Below, in pieces: positions 34,133-41,725 of a stretch of DNA of 64,000 nucleotides. The stretch lies in contig JBBRSH010000006.1 in the NCBI GenBank assembly GCA_038245555.1, positions 7,151 to 71,150 of the forward strand. The letters run 5' to 3'. This DNA is from Pyrinomonadales bacterium. GTDB taxonomy: Bacteria > Acidobacteriota > Blastocatellia > Pyrinomonadales > Pyrinomonadaceae. Made by a program: the position numbers and the translations under genes. The notes beneath the pieces are model-generated. The model was not told the DNA's origin. It did not search any database and saw only the letters and a program-made list of their open reading frames with translations. The stretch's first letter is position 1; every line of letters starts with the position of its first letter.

Positions 34133-35119
34133 CTATTGACTGACTTTCTCAAGGTCAATATGAATTTTTTCTGTTGGCTCGATGCTGGGTTTACCGACCT
34201 CAAGATCGACCATGCTCACATTTTTCGGTATGAGGTATGACATCGTGTAGTCCTGGGTTCCGCCGGAATTGAGGGCTGACTCGCTCGAATTTTCAGGCTG
34301 GGATGGGTTGCCGTCCGTCAACAAACGGAAATATTCGGGGAGAAAATACCCGCCGCCGCTGGCTGCGCCCTTGTCAGTAACTCGCACCGTCAAATTAAGA
34401 TAGCGCTTGTCCGATCCGGCACGTTTGCCATAAGCGTCGAGATCGACGGTGGCCTTGATAATATTGTATGTCAGCGTTCCTTCCTTGGTTTTTGTCTCGA
34501 CACCGCTTGTCGCGATATTGAACGGATACGGCGATGGCGCTATGGCACCGTCAAGCATCAAGGTGGCCGGCTCCTTATCCTTTTCGTCAAGTGAGATCTG
34601 GGCTCCCGCCAATTGAGAATTTGCCGCAACACGAAAACTCGCTTTGCGATCCTTCGTGTCCCGGGGACCAAAGGCATCGGAGTACACTTGTTTATAAACC
34701 GTACCGTCCCCGAGCCGCAATTGCCACAACCCATTCTCGATTCTGACCGCGTCTTTCAAGGTATTGACTACCGTAAAGGAAATGTCGGCGATCTCGGGCT
34801 TGGAGTTATCTATGGGCAGCAGATCATCCACGCGGTTGGAGACTACCGCTTTTGTGGCGGTGAATTGCAGATCGGCGTACGTCAATACACGCGGCTGCTG
34901 GAGCGGCAATTGACGTTCTATGGGCGAGGCGGCCGGTTTCGCGCTGTCGGGGGCCTGGTTGCCGCCGGAGCCGCCGCCAGAAATGAGTTTACCGACACTG
35001 CTGCACCCAACCACGACAAAGACGCCGCACAATAGTACGAATGGAAGGATCCGGCTTGCCGGACCGAAAGACTTATTGTTTGATATTTGGCCGAAGACCG
35101 ATCTAAAAATGCGTTGCAT
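34133..35119 (-). CDS. hypothetical lipoprotein
   Basis: Start placed at MQRIFRSVF (the track start is 35149). LLCGVFVVVGCSS lipobox. Gly/Ser/Pro linker followed by a beta-rich domain of unknown family. Confidence 0.65.
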   Translation of the reverse strand: MQRIFRSVFGQISNNKSFGPASRILPFVLLCGVFVVVGCSSVGKLISGGGSGGNQAPDSAKPAASPIERQLPLQQPRVLTYADLQFTATKAVVSNRVDDLLPIDNSKPEIADISFTVVNTLKDAVRIENGLWQLRLGDGTVYKQVYSDAFGPRDTKDRKASFRVAANSQLAGAQISLDEKDKEPATLMLDGAIAPSPYPFNIATSGVETKTKEGTLTYNIIKATVDLDAYGKRAGSDKRYLNLTVRVTDKGAASGGGYFLPEYFRLLTDGNPSQPENSSESALNSGGTQDYTMSYLIPKNVSMVDLEVGKPSIEPTEKIHIDLEKVSQ

Positions 35120-35215
35120 ACTCTCCCCCTTTTCCCCTAGTTTGAACACGGATCAAGCATCGATCCGCAATGATGCCGGCTCGACATTCCTGTCGTAAGC
35201 TGCCGGACCTTCCCG

Positions 35216-35647
35216 TTAGTGTGTTGCGCCGGTAAAGCGCACCGTATAGGTCCCGCCGCCAACCGGGCCGTTTGTTAAATGCAGGATGATCGTCTGCCGT
35301 TTCGCTAATTTGATAGATTTGATGTCTTGCCCGGTACCTCCGTCATCACCTTGCGCAAATTCGCAGCATAAGAGCGGCGTCGAGCTTTTTATCGCAAGTA
35401 ATTCGAAGTTGAGCACGCCGATATCAGCGGGTCTCGCATGAACGTCGACGGTTATTGTCAATTCGCCGGGACCGGCCGTCAACGAATAGTAGTTTTCGAG
35501 CTTATTAGGAGTGAGGTCTCCGGATATTTCGTTCTTAACTACCGGCGTCGGGTGATCGCGGTCTGTGGATTGGGCGAAGGCGGTTACTGCTGAGGTAGCC
35601 AGGATCATTGCAAAAATACCGAACATCAAATAATTCGATCGTGTCAT
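35216..35647 (-). CDS. hypothetical secreted protein (pre-peptidase-C-terminal-like beta sandwich?)
   Basis: 143 aa. Signal peptide MTRSNYLMFGIFAMILATSAVTAFAQ. YYSLTAGPGELTITVD and GGGTYTVRF resemble PPC-type domains. Confidence 0.6.
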   Translation of the reverse strand: MTRSNYLMFGIFAMILATSAVTAFAQSTDRDHPTPVVKNEISGDLTPNKLENYYSLTAGPGELTITVDVHARPADIGVLNFELLAIKSSTPLLCCEFAQGDDGGTGQDIKSIKLAKRQTIILHLTNGPVGGGTYTVRFTGATH

Positions 35648-35808
35648 CTTAATTCTCCCCGGGATTAACAGGCTGCGTAAGTCAGGAGGTCTGGAGGGAT
35701 TCCAAACAAGCTGAAAAAAGAGTAGCTGGTTCGATTCAGCGCAAGTATCTTCCTATTGAAAATTAATGTCAATTAAACGGCAAATCGGGTAGTGTCTTCT
35801 TTTGGACA

Positions 35809-36669
35809 CTATTCTTTTTCGGGGTCTTGTTTGCTGGTGTCGGCCTCGTTCGTGGTCATCCGATTGCCAGTGTTGCACGCCCACCAATCGGCACCGCTTT
35901 CTCGGAATCCGTTCACAAAAGCGAAGTAGGTCTGATGGTGGTCGCCCCACACATCGTCATATTTCAGCCACCCCCAAATATACAGCCGCAACTGTGGATC
36001 GTTCTGGACCGCAACGCGGGTTTCGTGATTCGGAGGCAAATCGGCGGGGAGTCCGCTTTGTACGTTGGGCAGAAGAATGCCTTTATCGGGGAGACCAATC
36101 GGCCAAAACTCCCCCTCCTCGCTTGGTATTTCAGTAAAAGAACTCACTTTTGTATAAATGCGCGTTTGGTAGTTGAGGGCTGGGGTCTTCCCGCAGTTCA
36201 TTACCATGGCCGTAATACGAAGCAGGTTCGAGCCCAAGACAGAATCGGGTATTCCCGCTTGGTTCACCATAATAACGCCGGTAACGCCCACATATGGACG
36301 ATTCTCGATCCTGTGTGCGGCCTCAGACCCTTTCAAGGCTCTTTCAGCAGACCTCGCTTGCCGCTGAGCCGCTCGAATTATACTGTTGGTTTGCCTGACG
36401 GTTTGATTCATGACATCCCATTGCCCTTTATAAATGTAGGCTTGAACGGTGATAGCGATAAAGATCAGAACGTTAACACCAACACTCGCCAACAAGGTCA
36501 TTCCGTCCCTGCTCAGACTGGTGACGTTCGCGGCCATCTCGACTACACCGATAATCAATCCGGTGCTCAAGATGAGCAAAAGCAGCAAGGGACTCCACTC
36601 GTTCCAGCGTATATGCTTGTCTTGGGGATTCTTGCCGGGTTCGCCGGGTTGGGAACTTCGGTCTGGCAT
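35809..36669 (-). CDS. hypothetical membrane protein (two TM helices plus a soluble C-terminal domain)
   Basis: 286 aa. WSPLLLLLILSTGLIIGVV and LLASVGVNVLIFIAITVQAYIY are TM segments. Preferred over the antisense 315-aa ORF (35827-36774), whose composition is Arg/Gly/Pro-biased. Confidence 0.6.
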   Translation of the reverse strand: MPDRSSQPGEPGKNPQDKHIRWNEWSPLLLLLILSTGLIIGVVEMAANVTSLSRDGMTLLASVGVNVLIFIAITVQAYIYKGQWDVMNQTVRQTNSIIRAAQRQARSAERALKGSEAAHRIENRPYVGVTGVIMVNQAGIPDSVLGSNLLRITAMVMNCGKTPALNYQTRIYTKVSSFTEIPSEEGEFWPIGLPDKGILLPNVQSGLPADLPPNHETRVAVQNDPQLRLYIWGWLKYDDVWGDHHQTYFAFVNGFRESGADWWACNTGNRMTTNEADTSKQDPEKE

Positions 36670-36876
36670 ATTTGTAAATTCCTTTTAGGGAAAAATAACC
36701 GTTATCAACACACAAAAAATAGAAAAGGCGTGTCAGACATGCAATACTGCAATTCTCAGTCATATCCACGTTAGTACATCACGCAATAATATTGCATTAT
36801 TGCACGTCTAACCCCGCTCTCAATGACCCTAAATCTTTTACGACTCGCAGGCCAGTGACAACTAATTTAGGCAAAG

Positions 36877-37197
36877 CTAGGGTTTGCGCGGCCGTATTCT
36901 TTTCTCGTTCGAATTTGTTGGGCTGGTGTTCGTGTTTTGCCGAAGCTCATTGGCCAGTTTCATCAGGTTCGCCAACTGTTTTGCAGAATTGGCGGCGGTC
37001 TGAGCTTCATTCGCTGAGTTAAAGCCCATGTTCACGGGAGGCAATTGCGTCCGCGTAGGCTTGACTCCGCATGCTCTCAACATGAAAGGTACGAAGCCCA
37101 GCACGGCCGTTCCTATCAGAACCCAGGTCCTGGCAGTAGGCTTCCATTGCCATTGCTTCCGGTCATCGCTTTCGATCTTTCCGTCGGGCCCTTCCAT
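36877..37197 (-). CDS. small hypothetical membrane protein
   Basis: 106 aa. One TM helix (WVLIGTAVLGFVPFML). AT-richer context. Confidence 0.35.
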   Translation of the reverse strand: MEGPDGKIESDDRKQWQWKPTARTWVLIGTAVLGFVPFMLRACGVKPTRTQLPPVNMGFNSANEAQTAANSAKQLANLMKLANELRQNTNTSPTNSNEKRIRPRKP

Positions 37198-37396
37198 AGC
37201 TTTCCAATTTCTATTCGCTTCTAATGGGAATTATAACACCACTCTTATCGGCAAATTAGATAGCTTCTTCGTAGCCCGCATTGGATTCGTGCGATTCTTA
37301 AACCGATTTTCGCTCGTTTCGGCGAGTGCTCTTTCGAACGTCTGATTTTCGGAGCGATAGCCGTTTGATCGAGTGTCTTAGTTTGAAATTAAGACA

Positions 37397-37798
37397 CTAC
37401 CGGCGGCCGGTGGATTTCCACCTTCCGCGGTTGACCGGTGCGCGGCTTCGCAGTTCGAGGATGAGGACGCCGTCCTCGACGTTGGCGGTGCGAAAGCGGA
37501 CGGTCCCATCGATCTGCAGCTTGTAACGGCTGACGAACGGCCAGCCGCGAACCACGCGGTGGCCGCATTGGCCCTTGAGCTTTAATGGATAGGCGTTCGC
37601 GAACAGCCGCGTCGAGGGTTTTAAACCGATCGTGTCCGTTTCTTCGTCAAATAGCAGAACGACGGCTTCCGGGTGGCCCAATTGCTCGACCGCCAGCCGG
37701 TTCAGGATGATCTCGCCCCTACGATTCATCGATACATATATCTCGTCCCTTGCCGTCTGGGCCGGGCCGGCGTCAAATTCGGTCCAATTTCTCGTCAT
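37397..37798 (-). CDS. hypothetical protein (about 133 aa)
   Basis: Start placed at MTRNWTEFDAG; the upstream part of the track ORF (to 38020) looks non-coding. IYVSMNRRGEIILNRLAVEQLGHPEAVVLLFDEETDTIGLKP. No family recognised. Confidence 0.5.
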   Translation of the reverse strand: MTRNWTEFDAGPAQTARDEIYVSMNRRGEIILNRLAVEQLGHPEAVVLLFDEETDTIGLKPSTRLFANAYPLKLKGQCGHRVVRGWPFVSRYKLQIDGTVRFRTANVEDGVLILELRSRAPVNRGRWKSTGRR

Positions 37799-38135
37799 TG
37801 CTATTTGTAAATGCTCCTCCCTCAAGTCTGTGAATATCCTAGCACAGACAGCATTTTGTTGCAACCATGCGACAAAAGATATAAAAACTCTTTTGTGCCT
37901 CAAAGCGTCGACTGTCGGGTTCGACCGGATTGACGAAACGATCTTTGACAATAGGGGAGATGAGCTTTCCCGAGATTGCGAAAAAACACCTCTACCAATT
38001 CCGGGAAACTCCTCTACCAAATCGCCCTATCTACTCTTACAAACGGGCAAAAGGACTATACCAATTAGTCTGAAATAGTACCCAGGAACCGCTTTTAGGC
38101 TCTGTTCCGGCCGTTTGAGGACTAACGCAGGACCC

Positions 38136-38164
38136 AAAAAAACCGCCCCGATCTCTCGGGGCGG
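38136..38164 (-). terminator. intrinsic terminator of the 3D-domain gene
   Basis: On the minus strand: ccgccccgagagatcggggcgg (9-bp GC stem, 4-nt loop) followed by ttttttt, about 30 nt after the stop at 38195. Confidence 0.8.
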
Positions 38165-38194
38165 CTGTCTGATTATGTATTATCGTCGGTTGGC

Positions 38195-38689
38195 TTATTC
38201 AGTGGAAAAGATCTGAACGCTTCTGCGTCCAAATCGGCGAGCTTCAGAGCAGCTCGGGACCCAAATATCGATCCGTTTTCCTTTGATGGCACCGCCTGTG
38301 TCCGAAACCAGATAGGTTCCGCTCCACGGGCCGGCATTGATCGTTACGCGTGATCCGAGCTTTAATACTCTCGGGTCGGCGGCTATCAAGCCTCGACGGA
38401 CGCCATGGCCCATCGCTGTCCTTCCTGAAAAGCAGTATGCCGTTGCGGAGAATGCCCCGCGGCTGGCACCTTTGCCTATTGCATTGACCGATGCGGTCGT
38501 CTTAACCAACTTCTTATCGTCTGTTTGTTGTACTTCTTCTTCTAAAATAATTTCCGAATAATTGTTTTGTATAACTTCCGAATTATTCGCTATGGCGAGG
38601 GCGGGTTCGGTTTCGATCTGAGCAAATATAAAAACGAATGCTAGACCAACGATTACCAGAACCCAACCTCCTCTAACGAGGTTTTTCAT
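38195..38689 (-). CDS. 3D-domain protein (MltA/RlpA-like double-psi beta-barrel), membrane-anchored
   Basis: 164 aa. ATAYCFSGRTAMGHGVRRGLIAADPRVLKLGSRV..YLVSDTGGAIKGKRIDIWVPS is the 3D-domain pattern. Confidence 0.8.
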   Translation of the reverse strand: MKNLVRGGWVLVIVGLAFVFIFAQIETEPALAIANNSEVIQNNYSEIILEEEVQQTDDKKLVKTTASVNAIGKGASRGAFSATAYCFSGRTAMGHGVRRGLIAADPRVLKLGSRVTINAGPWSGTYLVSDTGGAIKGKRIDIWVPSCSEARRFGRRSVQIFSTE

Positions 38690-39041
38690 TTAATATTCTC
38701 CTAAATTTCCGCCTTCGTTTAGCGCGATATCAGCGTCCGAGACCGGAGGCCGTCAGCGGCCGTATCGCAAATCAATGAAGAAAAACGAAGACTCGTTTCG
38801 GCGAGGGATTTCGCCTATTTTCGACCGAGCGCGATCGAAATATAATATGAGGTTAGCATTGTAAGCCCTCTCTGTCCACCTCTCGAACGACCGCAACCCC
38901 TTATAACATATGCAATTGCTGAATTCTAAGGCGCTTACGCGTGTCATTTTTTTTTGTTTTTGCTAGACTGTTCGTGCGGGGTTCGCCCTTATTTTGGTTC
39001 ATCGGCCGGCAACATCCGGGCACGAAAAACGAGGAAATTCT

Positions 39042-39407
39042 ATGCTGGAAAGACGCGTCGGCGCACGGTTTGTGATCTCATTTCCGGTACGGGTCCGTTG
39101 GAAAGACGAGAACGGAAAGGAAGTGATACAAGAGGGGTTGACCGAGAATGTTGGCATGACGGGTACGCTCATTTATTTACCTAGATTTCTGCCCCAGGTA
39201 GGGGGCAAGGTTACGCTAACGGTAACCGAACATCCGGACGACGAGGTGACCGTTACGGCGTCCGTTATTCGACTCGAGCGAAATGCTTCTCATCCGCAGG
39301 TGGCACTCCTATTGACGGACGGCCTCCGAGTTTGGAAAAAGAAGATTTGGGAGCATGCAGAGGCAATAATAGCTTCACAGAAACCTGAACCTCCGGATGA
39401 ATGGTAG
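39042..39407 (+). CDS. PilZ-domain protein (probable c-di-GMP receptor)
   Basis: Start at MLERR with GAGGA 7 nt upstream (the track start is 38994). RRVGAR is the RxxxR motif. NVGMTG approximates (D/N)xSxxG. Confidence 0.55.
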   Translation: MLERRVGARFVISFPVRVRWKDENGKEVIQEGLTENVGMTGTLIYLPRFLPQVGGKVTLTVTEHPDDEVTVTASVIRLERNASHPQVALLLTDGLRVWKKKIWEHAEAIIASQKPEPPDEW

Positions 39408-39482
39408 TAGCTCGACGTTTGGGATCCGGAAAGAGGCTGCCAGTGCATAACTCCGCCAACCGAGATTTGCTAAAGTAAATTT

Positions 39483-40628
39483 ATGAAAGTATTAGTGCTT
39501 GGCGCCGGTCGAATGGGACACGGCGCCGTTTTTGATTTAATAAAGAATTCGCCTGATGTCGAACAGGTAACGGTCGCGGATTTCGATCTCGCAAAGGCCG
39601 AAGCGGTTGCGACAGCGATAGATCCTTCCCGTGTAGTTCCGCGGCAGATCGACGCTTCCAACTCCACCGATTCGGCCGATCTTATGCGTGGACATGACTC
39701 TGTCATTTCGTGCGTCAACTATTGGTACAACCTCGCCCTCTCAAAGGCAGCTATCGAAACAGGCGCAAATTTCTGCGACCTGGGCGGAAACAATTATGTT
39801 GTCGACGAGCAACTGGGGCTGGATGCGGAAGCACGTGCGGCCGGGATCAATATCATTCCGGATTGCGGCCTCGCACCAGGCATGGTCTCGATTCTGGCGA
39901 TGCACGGTGCCGCGAAATTTGAAAGCTTGGACGAAGTTCATATTCGCGTCGGCGGACTGCCTCAGGACCCGCAACCGCCGTTAAATTACCAACTCGTTTT
40001 CTCGGTTGAGGGCCTGATCAACGAATATATCGAAGTCGCCCGTGTAATCCGTGATGGCAGGATAGCCGAGGTCGAATCGATGACCGAGATCGAGTCCCTT
40101 TCATTCGAAGGGTTTCCTCCGCTTGAGGCGTTTCAGACTTCTGGCGGCACATCGACACTTCCCGACACATTTCTCGGCAAGATCCTCGAGCTCGATTACA
40201 AGACTATTCGTTACGCCGGCCACTGCGAAAAATTCCAAACAATGATCGACCTTGGTCTCTGTTCCAGTGAGGAAATGGTCGTTGATTTTCAAAACGTTAA
40301 GCCCCGAAAGGTCTTCGGCGACCTTCTCCAAAGGCATCTTCCCGCAGACGGCCCGGACTACGTTCTTGTCCGGGTGGATTTTGTTGGCAGGTCAGGCGGC
40401 GAAACCAAAAAACTGCGTTATGACATTGTCGACAAACTCGATGAAGCCACCGGCATGAGTGCGATGATGCGCACCACCGCCTTTCCGGCCTCGATCATCG
40501 CCCAGATGATGGCCAGCGGCGAAGTGCTTACGCGCGGAGCAACCCCGCAGGAAAAGGCGATCGATCCAACCAAGTTTGTCGCAGAACTGGAACGGCGTAG
40601 TATCAAGATCGTTATTCGCGAGTTATGA
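39483..40628 (+). CDS. saccharopine dehydrogenase-family NAD(P)-binding protein
   Basis: 381 aa. MKVLVLGAGRMGHGAVFDL Rossmann start and DCGLAPGM, typical of Sacchrp_dh. Confidence 0.85.
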   Translation: MKVLVLGAGRMGHGAVFDLIKNSPDVEQVTVADFDLAKAEAVATAIDPSRVVPRQIDASNSTDSADLMRGHDSVISCVNYWYNLALSKAAIETGANFCDLGGNNYVVDEQLGLDAEARAAGINIIPDCGLAPGMVSILAMHGAAKFESLDEVHIRVGGLPQDPQPPLNYQLVFSVEGLINEYIEVARVIRDGRIAEVESMTEIESLSFEGFPPLEAFQTSGGTSTLPDTFLGKILELDYKTIRYAGHCEKFQTMIDLGLCSSEEMVVDFQNVKPRKVFGDLLQRHLPADGPDYVLVRVDFVGRSGGETKKLRYDIVDKLDEATGMSAMMRTTAFPASIIAQMMASGEVLTRGATPQEKAIDPTKFVAELERRSIKIVIREL

Positions 40629-41275
40629 AATGGTTTCGGCGAATTTTGCTGACACTACTTTTGACCGGCGTGGCCGGACTTGCGGCGATCTATCTGATCA
40701 ACCGTCACCTTCGGACGTTTACGGGCGGCAGGCTGCATATATCAATTACAGAGATTCCTGCGGAAGATCCGAAGCGGATCGCAATCGTTTTCGGCGCCCG
40801 AGTATGGGACGATGGTTCGCCCTCCAACTCGCTTTATGACCGCGTGATCACGGGTGTCGAACTTTACAAGGCGGGCCGCGTTCAAAAACTACTGATGAGC
40901 GGCGACAAGACAGGTGCGAACTACGATGAGCCGGCAGCAATGAGAAAGCTGGCGTTGCAGATGGGCATTCCCGAAAGCGACATCTATCTGGATAACGACG
41001 GCAAGAAAACGTATGATACCTGTTACCGTGCCAACGCGATATTTGGCGTGAAAAGGGCCATCCTCGTAACCCAGGACTATCACCAACCGCGTGCCCTTTA
41101 TTTATGCAATAACCTCGGCATCGAAAGTGTCGGCATTTCTGCAAACCGACGTGTTTATGATTCAGAATGGTATTACCACCTCCGCGAATTTTTCTCGCGA
41201 GCAAATGCGTGGTTCGAAATCAATTTTCTTTCCCCCAAACCCATCGGTTACGCGAAAACGTCTATCAGTCAATAG
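40625..41275 (+). CDS. SanA/YdcF (DUF218) family protein
   Basis: 216 aa, ATGA overlap with the upstream stop. N-terminal TM helix. IAIVFGARVWDDGSPS, LLMSGDKTGANYDEPAAM and TYDTCYRA. Confidence 0.85.
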   Translation: MKWFRRILLTLLLTGVAGLAAIYLINRHLRTFTGGRLHISITEIPAEDPKRIAIVFGARVWDDGSPSNSLYDRVITGVELYKAGRVQKLLMSGDKTGANYDEPAAMRKLALQMGIPESDIYLDNDGKKTYDTCYRANAIFGVKRAILVTQDYHQPRALYLCNNLGIESVGISANRRVYDSEWYYHLREFFSRANAWFEINFLSPKPIGYAKTSISQ

Positions 41276-41573
41276 AGATGTTTATAAGAAAGCGAATCTA
41301 CGATCGACCTCATACCCGTCGGTACCAGTTTTAGGGAGGTCGCGGTTGCGGTTACTGTCCGGACGACCGACGCCGGACTTTGATTTTGGACAAATGTTGG
41401 ATCGGTTTTGAAGTGGAAAGTCTTCGATCCGGCGGAAGTCGTTGTCTTTAGGTTACTTAACTCATTCCGCCTCATTGTACGCTGAAGGCCTTCGACGACG
41501 CTCGCCAGTTTGCGACATTTTGGTGCCGACTGGTTTGGTATTAGATGTGCGAGTGGAAATACAAAAGAATTTC

Positions 41574-41603
41574 TTGACTTCACCTCTTCGAATTGTGGAT
41601 AAT
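41574..41603 (+). promoter_or_regulatory. candidate sigma-70-type promoter for the 41726 gene
   Basis: TTGACT - 18 nt - GATAAT, about 120 nt upstream of the GTG start, which is preceded by GGAGGA. Confidence 0.3.
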
Positions 41604-41725
41604 TTGAGTGGTGGCGATTTGTGCCGATCGTCGTCCCGTCCAGTATTTATCAATTTCTACACAAATCCACCAATTTTTTTAGCACATCGTAATTGTTACG
41701 TTTTTTCTAATGGAGGAAACACGCA

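Noticed and set aside
35725-35740. GCTGGTTCGATTCAGC, resembling a tRNA T-arm at the left edge of the AT-rich island (possible att remnant)
   Set aside because: The stem is one base short (CAGC instead of CCAGC). There is no acceptor stem, anticodon arm or CCA context, and no matching direct repeat at the other island boundary.
35827-36774. 315-aa plus-strand ORF overlapping the 286-aa minus-strand membrane protein
   Set aside because: The translation is Arg/Gly/Pro/His-rich without TM helices or motifs, whereas the minus-strand product has two clean TM helices and a balanced composition. Neither has homology support, so this choice is less certain than the others.
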